A DNA stretch of 64,000 nucleotides, taken from positions 2,728,001 to 2,792,000 of the forward strand of contig NC_043008.1 in the NCBI RefSeq assembly GCF_006345805.1, written 5' to 3'. This DNA comes from Octopus sinensis. Its lineage: Eukaryota. Shown here piece by piece: positions 1 through 13,080 of this stretch. The number at the start of each line of letters is the position of its first letter. Within the stretch, counting starts at the first letter, position 1. Position numbers and translations under genes: made by a program. The notes beneath the pieces are model-generated. The model was not told where the DNA came from, did not search any database, and saw only the letters and a program-made list of their open reading frames with translations.

Positions 1-103
1 CGTGAGTGCAAAATGTTAACCACGAGGGCAGATAACGATACGGACAAAGAGCTTTCTGTAATAGCCACGTTATTCTATAGATCCGTTTATTGGTGTCTCT
101 TTG

Positions 104-232
<129 letters not shown>

Positions 233-599
233 CGCACGCATGCACACACACGTACTTACATGCTAACACTCACATACAGGCGCACGCTTAATGTATCGCA
301 TTTTTGTAAATATTGAAACAAACAAAACCGTTCTTTGTTTGATTTCCTTGGCTCATTCACACCGTAAAATGTCTTCCACCAATTCACCATAATGTTACCC
401 GTTTCACAAATAGTTATATATTTACTTAAATCTAATTTTTTATATTCATTCCTTCATTTATTTCCCTTATTTTTCCTCTCTTTCTTTCTCACTGACTTTC
501 ACAAAACTACTCTCTCCTTATTTTTCTCCGCATTCTTTCACGTGTCCACCATTTTAGCTGTTTTTCTTTTTAACTATTCCTCTCAAAATATAAATATGA

Positions 600-1110
600 A
601 TTTATGTCCGTTTCTCCATTGTTCTCTCTCTCTCTCACTCTCTTTTTCTCTTGCTCTTTTCCTTTGCTTTCTATTTCATTGAGTCTGCACATCTCCCTTT
701 CTCTGTTTTCTTGTCATCATTTTCTTCGCAATTATTTACTCCGCATTTCTTGTGCTTTCTTTGAATCCCCCCTCTCTCTCCCTGTCTCACTCTTTCTCTC
801 CCTCCTCTTCCTTTCTCTCTCTCTTCTTTTTTGTTTTCTTGTCTCTCCTCTCTTTCTTTCATTATTTCTTTCTTTCTCTCTCTCTCTCTCTATCCCTCTC
901 TCTTTCATAATTCTCCATTTATTTGCACATCTCTCTCTGTCTGTTTATCTTTTGAACTTGAATTTTCTTATTTCTTCCTTTCTTAGTATCATCTATTTAT
1001 TCTCCCTCTATTTTTCCTTTCCTTATCGTTCTCTTTTTCTCCCCTTTCTCTATCTCTCTATCTCTCTTTATTTCACTCATCTCTATATCTCTTTTCTTTG
1101 TTTTCCATTC
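600..1110. repeat. Polypyrimidine (CT-rich) low-complexity tract
   Basis: Almost entirely C/T with decayed (CT)n runs; explains the 171-aa L/S/F ORF. Confidence 0.85.
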
Positions 1111-2459
1111 ATCAGTTAGCTCTATTCAATAGTTTATAAATGAAAACTACCACTAACTCTAATTGTTGTACGTTTACCTTTCAGTAACAAGAAGAATTTA
1201 AATTCCCAGATACCAGCAGATATTCCGTTCGATGTACTTGTTTTCCTTTTTTTTATATTTTTCATATTCTTTTTTCATATCGAGATAACTGGTAATATTT
1301 ATTTTTACATTAAATAACATAAAGTACAATATAAAAATAGCTTAATAAATTAAAGATTTATTGTGTGGTATTCGTTGTTGTGGTTGTTGTTATTCTGTAT
1401 ATACCCCCCCCCGTTACTCCCCGTTTTGCCTCTCGCTTAACTAACATCCCACTCTGTCTTCCCTGTTATTCTAAAAAAGATGTCCGTATATATTGAAGGA
1501 GACAATGCATTCCTGCTCAATTGGAGATGGCTGAGTTGTACAATTATGTTTGCCAATGAATATAACAGAAGGGAAAACTTGACAGAAAATATAAATGCTA
1601 ACATTTCTCTTTTTCGTATTTTGAAATAATTTCACATTATTGATTTCTTCAAGAATAAAGGCATGCCTGGAGAGAATCAAACTGAAATCTTGCCTCGTTT
1701 TTATTCCTTTTCTTCTTCTCATTTAACAAACAACGTTTTTCTCTTTCTTTCCCATATTTGTTTTGTTTTTACAATTTAATTTCAACTAGATATTTAAGGC
1801 TTTCAAAACAAAATATAATTTTCTGTCTAATAAGTTTTCTTAAGTAGAACGTTTCTTAGATTCTATTACAACTTCAAGCTAGGAAATATATTCTTACATT
1901 TGATTTTGTTGTTGCTGCTACTGTTGCGGTTGTTGTTGTTGTTAAATTTCTATTTTATTTCTTGTTGTTTTCATAAGGAATATTGGATTTGGATATGGAT
2001 TTCTAGTATTGCAAAATACGGTGGTTTTACTTCAGAATGCATTGATAAAACAAGGAGAAAAAGAAGACAAAATGGACGATTGGTTTTAAAATAAAATTGT
2101 ATGCAACATTCAAAAGCATTAGTTATTTTCAAGTGCATAAATCATCGCTGATTTGTTCAGAGTCCATCACAGAGTAATTTGTAAACGTAACTGATGTTTA
2201 ATTTCTCCGAATGTCAGAATTTGAAAACATATTTAACCCATTTCACCATCAATTAGATTGTGTAGTTTAACACATAATATAAGTATAAAACAGAATAGCT
2301 TATATATTATGGAAGTAGCTCCTAAACATATTGTAATGAAATAGAGTGATGTTGCAGCTACAAGGAATGCCTCTTGTCAATAAATAACAACTTAATTCTT
2401 CCAAACAAAACATAGCTGAAGGTAAGTAATAAGAACAGATATAAAATACCACGCATAAA

Positions 2460-2500
2460 TCTCTCTCTCTCTCGTTCTCTCTCTCTTTCTTCTCTCTATC

Positions 2501-2589
<89 letters not shown>

Positions 2590-2675
2590 TTATATATGTA
2601 AATATATACATATGTATATATATATATGTTTATGTATATCTATATCTAGCTCTCTCTCTCTCTCTATATATATAT

Positions 2676-2718
<43 letters not shown>

Positions 2719-2729
2719 ATAGACAAATG

Positions 2730-2800
<71 letters not shown>

Positions 2801-2845
2801 TATATATATATATATATATATATTATATTATATTATATATATAAT
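2460..2845. repeat. Compound (CT)n/(TA)n microsatellite
   Basis: Seen directly. Confidence 0.95.
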
Positions 2846-4357
2846 ATTGACTCATACAAGCCTAGAAGGTTATGTAAGGCTGGACAGTCAAAGCTGCTAT
2901 ATACATCCTTATATTTATATATATATATAGTGATAAGAATCTCTAACATGGCCTGAACGTTACTGGTTCTTCATGGGCAAATGTTTCGGCTTTTTAACCC
3001 AAGGACAGTAGTTCGTATCCAGTTTATAATTCCTAGGTGACCTTCAGCTAATATGCTTTATATTCTTGCTTATGTAGGTTAATAAGCCTCCATATATGTG
3101 TATATAAAAATATGAATGTACATGTATGTGTGCGTTTTGTTTGTGTGTCTGTGTGTGTCTGTTTCTGGGTATGTGGCAGTGTGACTGTGATATTAGATAT
3201 TGTGTCTGTACATTAGATAAAACATAATGTACACATTATATAGTTATGAAGTGTTAGATTAGCACCTTTTGAAGTCGCTTTCTCACATACCGATGTGGTT
3301 ATTTCTTATTGGTGAAGTTATCATGGAAAAGAAGAATTCCATCGAGTCGTGAGAGAGTGACTTCAAAAAACACGATGTTAAGCATCTCTCGTGTTCCCGG
3401 GACACGGGAAAAAGTAAATGCAATAATTTGGATAGCCCTGTGTCGTTGTTAAAGACCAAGTCCATGGAATATACAATCCAGAGGGATGTCGAACAAAAAA
3501 CAAGTGGTAGTTGATCTGAATAATGCAAACTATGCTTTGCTGAAAGATTGTACATCCATTTTTATATCTATGAGTCCCACCGTTCCCTTGAAATACAGAT
3601 CAGAAATTTCAGCAAATGTAAACATATGGACAAGATACTTTAGTAGAAGTGCATAGCACTCCCCTCTCAGACAATGGAAGCCGTTTGGCTGATTCTATAG
3701 CAACTACGTTTATGACTTTACAGTCAAAGAGGATTCGCTCAAATCCATTCCCATCACCAATACATTTGGATGAGAATATTAGCACATTCAGGAATATAAA
3801 TACCAGATGATTACAAAGAGTGCATCTATAAGAAACCTAAAGGCGTTTGTACCTAAGTCTGCTCCGTGTGGCGAATAAAGAAATAGAAATACATGACGAA
3901 ATAGTTTCTGAAATATGCTGGAAATGGTCATATTTGGAACGATCTCTTTTATCCTATGCCATTGTCGCTAAAAGACATCGGTAAATTATCGGCCTGAAAC
4001 AAGTCATAAATCCCGTTTAAATCCCGCATCGCCGCTGTGGAAAAGAGCATGGCGTATTTGAAGGGCCATTCAGTCTCATTTAAATAAACAAGAAAATGAC
4101 GGGACGGAATAATGGCAATATATAGGTGCAAAAACCACGACGCTTCCCTGTGTATCTCCGGACATACAAATAGAAATCAATGTAGCAAATGAAAACAAAA
4201 AATCTTTAATATCATTTTTCTCTTTTAAATTCGTTTGCATAATTTACAGAAATCTAATTATACGTACATATATATGTGTATGCATATATCTACGTATATA
4301 TATGCATGTATGTATGTATGTATGTATGTACACGCACAAAGATATATTCATACATGC

Positions 4358-4391
<34 letters not shown>

Positions 4392-5919
4392 ACACACACA
4401 CGCATATATGTGCATATGTGTATAAATATACACGAACATCCAAATTACACAGAAATTTGGTGAGTATGACTGAGGGTTGGAGGTGGAAGTAAGAAATACA
4501 AAATGAAAGGCAAATAGAGCGAAATAATATTGAAAGTTGCATTAGAAGACGAACTTCATTGAATAAGTCAGAATCTCAAAACATTTTTATATTCAACGAT
4601 GAAGTTGAGAAAATTGATTTTGGAAGTGAAATAGAATTTGTCTTCCATCAGATATTAATGAAAGTTGTATTAAATACTGGCTATTTAATGGTAAAAGTAT
4701 AAATAAAAACGATTTCATTAAAGAAATTTAATTATAAAGTAATCAGAAAGTCTTGGAAATTGTTCATATTCGTTGCGGTGGTAAACTATAATCACTTAAT
4801 ATAACAAAAGAAATAATAATTATTATTTGCTGTAAAAGTTACAGATGTTTCCAAGAGTAACAATAAATATATTAAAGTATGTATGTGTGTGTGTGTGTCT
4901 CTATGCACATACATAAATATATATTTAGAACAACAGGAATATTCTCTCATATTTGCATGATGGTGTGTATGTATGTGAGTGTATATGTATATGTGTGTAT
5001 GTGTGTTTGTGCTTGAACGTGAGTGCAAAACACAAAGAGGAATCTATATTTAACGTCGTGACATATACACAAATAAAAATCTGCAAATATTTTGTGGAGC
5101 ATAAGAATGTACGTATTTATCAGTCTTTGGGAGACTGTTTTCGATCTCTTAAATATACGTTCATATAGGCAAAGAACATATATGTACATACATGCACACA
5201 CAAGCACGCAAACACGCACACACATTTGTAAATATATATGTGTGTGTGTATGTGTGTGCCCGTGTCTCCGTGTGTGTCTGTGTCTCCATGTGTGTCTGGT
5301 GTCTGTGTATTTATATATGGCGAGAAATGATGAGAAATATGTAAGCGCGCATATAAATTAGATACAATTTATTAATTATATTATGCCAAATATAAGTAAG
5401 TATATATGTGTGTGTGTATCTGTGTGTGTGTGTGAGTGTGTACATATATGTAGACAGAAAGAGAGACGGAGATAGAACCGTAGAAAGATATATTGTATGT
5501 ATGTATTAAGTATGTGTGTGCGTGCGTACCTGCGTGTGTGTGTATTTCTGTGTGTTCGTACAAATGAAAAATCATTCAAGTTAATTTCGTGTCTCATATG
5601 ACTCTTCAGATTTTTACATGTGACTTTTCAGCTGTTAAAAGCATAAAATATAACACACGTTCAAAATACAGGCAAGTCTGTAAACAGCGTCACTCTTATT
5701 GTAAGAGAAACAAATATACGGAATGTCTTTAATTAATAGATTGGAACGGATGTTGAGTCATTACGTACAGATTCTAACATACAAGTATTTTCATCAATTA
5801 AACAACGAAGGGTAAAATGCTCATCTCCTCATCAGCCGTTAATAACAGTACAATGGTCAATAACTCATGGCAATAGCAAAACAAAGTGTTGAAATATAAA
5901 AGGGCAAAGGTGATAAATA

Positions 5920-6825
5920 TGTAGGGGTGGGGTGGAAAGTAACTAGGCATTACAAATTGCTTGTAGAATTTTTAGTATCACTAAAGTCGGGACAAAAACA
6001 TTTTTTAAACAGGCAACTCTAATGGGGTAATTTTTCTTTTCATTTTCGTATTGTCTTATTTCTTATCTTCCAGACGGTCGGCCTCTTAACTGTTTGGGAG
6101 TTAGCTATGATAGCATCACGCTATGAAGTGTGGAATTCTATTGTTTTGCTTCAGAGATGATGGCGTGCATGGAAAGGTAAGCGTGCAACACTACGTATGG
6201 AAAGAAGAAAAAGTCATCATGCAAAGCTAATGATCACGGGATTTGTGAATGATACAAGAAGAAGTAGCCGTCCAACCACATCCCGATCAGCGGATGCGTG
6301 GCAACAATGCAGGAAACTTTTAATCGCAGCCCGCAAAAATGAACACGCCAAGCAGCTCGGGAAAGGTGGATTAACAAGACACACAATACGTACAGCATAA
6401 TGAATTGAATTTGCGTGCATGAAATCCCTATTACGTGCAGGAGCTAAAACCTGAAGTCTGACCGCAGAATGGAATATGGAATAGCCTCCAAGAAGCCTAG
6501 ATCTCACACCATGTGAATTGTACCTGTGAGGTTACACAAAAAAGGTGTGAAAGACAAAACCTCGCACACTGGAGGACTTGAGGACGCGGATCCAGGAGGT
6601 TCCCAATAATATCACAGGCGAATTTCTTCAGAAGGTTGTTCAAACCATCTCTGGCTGTTTCAGGAAACTAGGTGATGCCACAGGTACTTAAGTTTAAATA
6701 TGAAGAGTTGCTTTAATTTTCCCATCTAATAAAGAACATGTAGCATTTGTTTTAATAAATGTTAAAAGGATACAGGTATTTTATGGCCAACTTTTAATAC
6801 CTACCTACTTTTCACCGACCCTATA
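5920..6825 (+). mobile_element. Internally deleted Tc1/mariner-superfamily DNA transposon with degenerate terminal inverted repeats (TIRs)
   Basis: Left end tatgtaggggtggggtggaaagtaactaggcatta resembles the reverse complement of the right end (tatatagggtcggtgaaaagtaggtaggtatta), with TA flanks. Disrupted frames give MIASRYEVWNSIVLLQR, KLMITGFVNDTRRSSRPTTSRS, FNRSPQK-TRQAARE, PYYVQELKPE, then *PPRSLDLTPCELYL*GY-KPRTLEDLRTRIQE (the WPPRSPDLTPCDFFLWGY motif). Confidence 0.85.
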
Positions 6826-7960
6826 TACAAATGCATAGCAATCTGATTCATCAATACATTTAGTATCAATGATTGAGTTCCGAGGACATATAAAGCTTTC
6901 GAAATTGAGTAAAGTGGTTTGTCTGTTACCAACTATATCAAAACAGTAGTTTACAGAAAACAGGATCGGAAGTCAGATCTGATAGGTTCGTAACGAGGTA
7001 AAGCAAGCCATTTTGTCCGAAACTCTTTGAAGATTCAAAAAATAGAAGATTTCACTTACAATTTACGCTTTTCATATTTTGTTTTTAGTTTAGTCAGTAC
7101 ATTGTAGCTATGGAATGTCGGAAATTTCAAATATGCAAGAGGCGTACGTACAAACTGAATTTTAAAAATGCCTGTCGTTCTGTACTTCCGTCATTCAATC
7201 CTTGTTTTATTTTCAAACTGATAACAAATCAACTTGTGAACGTCTTGTGCCTGAAGAGAGGGTATCTAGTAATCTAGCATAAACTATTTATTAATAAAAA
7301 CAAACGAACAACATGTTTATCTCTATCCGTTCACATAACTGCCGCATATAATTATTAGAATACAATGCAATATATTTGCCACATGGCATAAAGCAAAAGC
7401 AATGTAGTTGATATTTTTGACTATAGAATTTATATCAAAGCTTTCGAAATAACAGCTATTTGGAATAACTTATGAAAAACCACGAAAACCAATTACAATC
7501 AGATGCTGATAGAATAGAGTCTGAGTCGTTAAAATATAATTTTGTGATGTTGATCTAAGGAAATTATTTTGATGGAGATGTCCAACTTTAAAATTTAATG
7601 AGACTTGCAATTATTTCTTAATTATGTTGCCAAAAAAATGTTGAAAACCTCCAGAATGTCTATAGATATGAGCTAATGACAGATACGTCAGCTTGTAGTC
7701 AGTGAACACGAAGCATGATATAATGATGTACTTGACAAGAAACAAGACGTGTGTTGAGAAGAAAGAAAAGGCGAAACGAATTTATACATTTCCTGTTGCC
7801 AAATATTTGACCTCTTCTTTTCCTTTTCCTTAATTATTGACCACTTCTTCAACGATCTTTTTTCTAAATTCGGTTCTCCCACCTACACCACTCATTCTTA
7901 ATTACGTTTATGGTGTGTCGCCTTAACGCCAGTGTAACCTTTGTATAACTAAGTTATACT

Positions 7961-8047
7961 CGGCCTGATGAGTCGCTAGCTGCGTTCCGCTCCTTGATTT
8001 ATTATTACATCAGCGGATCTGCTTGACTAGAAAACACATGCAGTCTC
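7961..8047 (+). ncRNA. Degenerate hammerhead-ribozyme-like motif (probable PLE repeat relic)
   Basis: CTGATGA-GTC...GAC-tag-AAAAC-acatgca-GTC with an internal tccgct/agcgga stem; GAAA junction and stem I imperfect. Confidence 0.35.
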
Positions 8048-8399
8048 CATTGAAATTATACAGAATAATAATACATAATTTTTGAGCTTATTGAATTTTC
8101 TTGATAAATATATACATGTGTGTGAGTGTGTGTGTTTGTGCGTGGTGTGTGTGTATGTGTGTGTATACACCAGAAATATATATCTGTGTATGCATAGAGT
8201 TGTGGAGTTTTACAAAGTATGAGGTCAAACGTGGTCCATGTACTTCTAAATTTGTCTGTATATACGTAGTATGTGTTGTTATGACTATGTGTAATAGCCA
8301 TATGTCTTTGTGATGAGCGAATTCAGTTGAAGTGTGTGGGACATATGTCTCAATGTTCGCATGATGCTTGCTCAAAATTGATATCCAGTTGGAAAAAAA

Positions 8400-9115
8400 C
8401 TTATACAATTGAAGGGGTGATGCACTTGGCTGGGGATCAAGTTTCAAATTTCCATGTCATAGGATGTGTGACAGTAAAAAAAAATGAAACATATCACATG
8501 TAGTGACTGAGTGTAGCATAATGGCACAGACAGAATAAAAAATGAGGCATGAATAACGGAGCTAAGTTATGTTCAGTGGAGTATGTGCAATAAGTACGAT
8601 CTTGAAAGGCCATTGAAATGTGATGAGCATAAACAAGCAAGGGATCACCGAGAATGATGAGTGGAAGATTTTGTGCGATTTTACAATCATTGCGATTAAA
8701 TGATTGATACTCAGAGTGCAGACAATGATGTTTGAAAAATGTTGAGAAAAACCAACATCATAGACATTACCATATCTGGGCATGTACGAGTGGAAAACAA
8801 AGAACTAGAAAAAAATTAAAAAGTACAATCTACTAAATGATGAACTTGAACCAATGAGGGCAAGGAGACTTATGTTAACAACCAGAATTTTAAAAAGATG
8901 CTGGGGAAATTGAGATTGACAGAAGGGTAGATCATGCTTAGCAAAATTCTGTATTGGAGACAACAAGTATTTTGAGATCGGTACTTGGGTGTTAAGTACC
9001 CTGCGAGATCCTTGGCAACAAATTTTTCTTCACTCTTAATGAATTAGCAGGGGGAAGGGAAATCAAGAGATACGATTAATGAAAGGGAAATAACAATAAT
9101 AATCAAGAATAATAG
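8400..9115 (+). mobile_element. Decayed 3' end of an R4/Dong-type non-LTR retrotransposon (CCHC knuckle plus restriction-like endonuclease)
   Basis: Disrupted translation CHRMCD...HISHVVTECSIMAQTE*KMRH, ILCDFTI, IIDITISGHVRVENKELEK, QNSVLETTSILRSVLG, followed by a TAA-rich tail near 9090-9115. Confidence 0.8.
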
Positions 9116-9721
9116 CAAAAGCGGAGTTTGTAATAAACAGTGATTGAACCTATCTTTGGAGTTGAACAATGTTTCGAAAATATGTTATTTTCCTCGAGCG
9201 CAAGATGAATAATGAACAAAAAATACCTAAAATACAGAAATTCAAAATGTCAACGTGAATATCCAGCGTTCCTTCTAGGTGAAAGCCGCGTCATCGATTT
9301 TCGCTTTTACATAACCGGTGACCAAAAAAAAAAAAAGAAAAGCATTAAAAAGAAAGCAGCATAATCAGATGTGGCAGTAAAAATGTGATGGCTGATATTT
9401 CAGTAAGTTTTCTTAGTTGTTGTAGCCACATACAAACTGGAAAATTCTATTCCAAAATTATTTTTTTATGGAGTTCAGGTTTCGCAAGTTTTTGAGTGTA
9501 TTCCGAAGAACGTTAAATGAATTCTAAAAGATAGGTATGCATATATGTACCGTCAAGGATAAATTCTTTATTGATGCAATAATTGAATTGCTTTCACTGT
9601 TACTGGCAGCCCTTTCAGGTCATGGGCAAATGACTTCACATCGTCCAAGTACAGCAAGTGCGTGAGATGATGTTGTCAAACATTTTGTAAATGTAGTTTG
9701 TTCTATTCAGTAGTTCGTTCT

Positions 9722-10480
9722 GTTATTATTATCATTATTATTATTGCCTTTTTACAGCTTCTAACGCTGAAGATGTACTACGGTGTCAGCTGTTCACGAC
9801 CATTGTACTAAGGTAACACCTCTTATTTTTCGAGCACCTTCCCGGGTATTCGAGCGGTTACAAGCAGTACTGTTTCCTGCAAGTGCTCCACCCATAATAC
9901 AGTCTCTATTTATTCCGCGTACCTATCGAGTTTTTTGCTCACTGTTCCCAGAGATCCGACAATTATTCGTACTACTGCTACCATTTTCATCGACCACAAC
10001 TGCTTAACTTCCCAAGCTAACCTGTCATATCTCTCGGCTTTTATTTCTTCCCTATCGCATACCTAGCTGTCAGCTGGGCATACTATATCTATGAACCAGC
10101 ATAGCTTGTTTTCTTTCTCAATTAAGACCTGTGTTTGGCTTCCTATTCTCTATCCCATGGTCGCACTGAATTATAAAATCCCATAGGGCCTTTGCATTTC
10201 CATTTCCGACGATGCCTTCAGCTTTGTGGTCGTACCAATTTTTTATAGTTATTTATAGATGCTATTTGATACGATGCTCGTCACCAGTTTCCATATCAGT
10301 GGCAAACACGAAATTAGTCGGAAATTTCCTACCGCATTCACGTCACTCGCGCCCTTCTGGTATATTACCGTTCTTCTTTTTGTCATCCAGACCGGTACTC
10401 GGATGACACTATTTCGTGCATCTGTCTCGCAATTCTCCCGTATAGATCTGTCCGTTTTACCATAATTCATATTCAGTTGA
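9722..10480 (-). mobile_element. Internally deleted R4/Dong-type non-LTR retrotransposon (RT N-terminus fused to endonuclease C-terminus)
   Basis: Minus strand VPVWMTKRRTVIYQK...NFRLISCLPLIWKLVTSIVSNSIY (RT domain 0/1), then NAKALWDFIIQCDHGIENRKP, CWFIDIVCPAD, ERYDRLAWEVKQLW, IIVGSLGTV, EHLQETVLL; ends in (TAA)n at 9722-9745. Confidence 0.85.
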
Positions 10481-10524
10481 CTGCCGATTTATCTATGGCT
10501 ATGTCACGTCTCTTCTCCATTCTT

Positions 10525-10757
10525 TAGCTTAGAGACGTCAAACTTTATAGATTATCAGTTCCAAGTGTTGCTGTGACTTGAATACATCTTGACAAATTTC
10601 CTATTTGCAGCTTTTGATGCCACAACATTGCTTTTTGCTCCTACAGTACAAATGCCACAATCACGATACATACATCACTCACTTTTGAGGACCTGTGTAT
10701 TCTTTTTATTTCCGGCTCTAACTTTTGGTAGTTCACGAATTTCTCATCATCTGTTTT
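10525..10757 (-). mobile_element. Second R4/Dong-like endonuclease C-terminal fragment
   Basis: EKFVNYQKLEPEIKRIH...IVIVAF, then IQVTATLGT; resembles the endonuclease terminus pattern EK..KY..L..EI...QK.ALLGT. Confidence 0.6.
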
Positions 10758-10762
10758 AACTC

Positions 10763-10820
10763 GCAGGCAGACTAAAGATTTGTAAGTGCATTTGTTAAGC
10801 GGAAACTGAAAAATATCCGT

Positions 10821-10861
<41 letters not shown>

Positions 10862-11045
10862 TATATATATACATACATACATATACATATTTGTGTCTGT
10901 TCGGTCCGATTGACAACATATAAATTACAAGAATAAGTACTTTGCTTGAAAAAAGAAGGTCGTTTGTTCGGCTCAACCCATTCAAGGCATTGCCACTGCA
11001 TGGCTGCAGTCGAATGCCTGCGACAAGTTAAAAAAATAAAAGATA
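10763..11045 (+). mobile_element. Partial octopus-type SINE (family A, with internal TA microsatellite)
   Basis: ggaaactgaaaaatatccgttgtatata...catggctgcagtcgaatgcctgcgacaag matches the copies at 26.7, 60.6 and 62.6 kb. Confidence 0.7.
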
Positions 11046-11055
11046 TAAGATATAT

Positions 11056-11270
11056 GGTGGAGCTGCGTGGTTTAGTGCTTGTGGTGTTGGACACGATGAT
11101 CGCAAGTTTGCACTTTCGATTCTTTGCCAGTGCGATGCTATGTGTTCTTGTGGAAGACACTTCGTATCACCTTTTTTTCAATCCATTCAGCTAGCAACAA
11201 TGAGTAATCCTGCGGTGGACCGGCGTCCTGTCGATAAGAAATATATACGCCAGAGAGACAATAAACCAGT
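11056..11270 (+). mobile_element. tRNA-derived SINE (different family), decayed
   Basis: tRNA-like head (cgtggtttagtg...ttcgattc), then gtgttcttg...agacactt and tcctgcggtggaccggcgtcctgtc. Confidence 0.55.
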
Positions 11271-12589
11271 TACATGCTGTAATGTAGATTGACTATATGT
11301 TCGCATCTACGTCCATATACTCACATTTATAACTATTTGAGTCTATATTGCATAGAAATCGTTAAGTAAATGTTAGATACTCACGCATACATACACACAC
11401 TACAACAGATAAACATTCTTTCATATATAAAATATTTCCTGAGCGGCAAAACACAGACTGAAATAGGTAGTAAGAACCTTTATTATGTAAATTTCCATAA
11501 ATGAAGAATAATATCACCAACGTCAAAAACCATAATTGAAAGAAAACGAAAAAAAACATTAATTTGTCAGTTATAGCGTTCAATGTCAGTTTGTTTTATT
11601 ATTTTCCTCTGAAAAGATAAAAGTATTTCGACTTTAATCATAAATATTTTTCCATTTTCTTTTTTAGAAATTGAAATTCCATTCACTGCAAATTGTGTGT
11701 TTATCAATTGTGTGTAATTGCCCATATTTCGTTTCCAGCTAAACATTTAAAGATAAAACTATTGCTTTGTAACGGAGAGAAACTTCAACTACTTTCTCTG
11801 TTATACATCAAGAAATTGCAGGCAATAAACGTTCTAATTACACTTATTTGTTATTGTTGTTGTTATTGGGTTAGGGTTACACTGTTGATAGTGTTGCGGC
11901 TATTGCTGCTGCTGATGTGGTGACTCTCGAATAAATGTAGAGAATGAAATGTAAAACTATGATTCTGCAAAACATTATCCAAAATATCATCATAATAATT
12001 GCCATGAATAAAAAAGTTAAAACGAAACACAAGTAGAACGTGTACCATTACAATAAAGAGAACTATGTAATTTATGAATATTTCATGCACAAAATATTTT
12101 TCAAGCCTTTAGCAATGTAATAAGTGGAATGTTCTAGAAATACACCACGGCATAAATGTTGCTACTTATTTAATCATTTGGTCGTGCAATAGCGGAGAAT
12201 ATAATTCTTTGTTTATTTTCCTTTCTCAGAGCTGGTATTCAATGTTATTTCAAACAAAATGACATAAATACTCTGCTAAATACGTTCTCACTAGAAGATT
12301 AACAAAAAGGAGTAACGACCGGTTGAAACATGACACCAGTGGAATTATTTAATCGCGAATTATGGTCTACGTCTGTCAGTTCTGTTTCATGACGACGTGT
12401 CAACAAATATTGATCGTTTTCCTGCTCGGTTTTCTGTAAAATCTCCTAGAATCTATTGAATAGGTGCGACTCTATTTCCTCGGGAATTATGATTACTAGC
12501 TGGACCCATTAAAATTCCCGGAAAACATAAAAGATGTAAGCACCTGTGAACAGTGTACTAGTGCCATGAGAACAGTTTTTATATTATGA

Positions 12590-12745
12590 CTGCCTGTCTT
12601 TACGTTCTTAGTTCAAATTCTGCCGAGGTTGACTTTGGCTTTCGTCCTTTCGGGGTTCACTAAATTAAGTACATGCTGTGTACTGGGGTCATCTAATCAA
12701 CAGGCCCCCTCCCCACACAAACTTCAGACATAGAATAGTATATTG
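12590..12745 (+). mobile_element. Short octopus-type SINE (family B)
   Basis: gtctttacgttcttagttcaaattctgccgaggttgactttggctttcgtcctttcgggg...actggggtc; homologous to copies at 18.8, 39.2, 58.8 and 62.4 kb. Confidence 0.75.
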
Positions 12746-12914
12746 TGACAGTTACAGAATATAGAAAGCAATGTAACACCAATTTAATATAAAATCCAAC
12801 CAAAATGTCTTAGTTACACAAACGTAAACGGAATTACTATTTAGCATTAAAATACATCGTAAATATTCAAAGAGCCTCCTTGGTTTAGTGGTACGGAACG
12901 TTTTTCATGGCAGT

Positions 12915-13080
12915 CCTTTATTCTTTTACTTCTTTCAGTCATTCGACGGTGGCCATGCTGGAGCACCACCCTTTAGTCGAAGAAATTCACCCTGGACTTA
13001 TTGAATAGGTGAAACCCTGAGAACTACGTTAATGTTATGCATGTCTGTGGAGTACTCGGCCATTTGTGAGTTAAGTTTAT
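12915..13080. mobile_element. SINE family A 3' tail (minus strand) joined to a fragment of a third SINE family (plus strand)
   Basis: tttcagtcattcgacggtggccatgctggagcacc matches 26686-26720; gagaactacgttaa...tgtggagtactcggccatttg is the inverted homologue of 39505-39555. Confidence 0.7.

Noticed and set aside
3283-4140. Unique sequence with 90-aa and 60-aa minus-strand ORFs
   Set aside because: No recognisable domain or splice structure in the frames I read.
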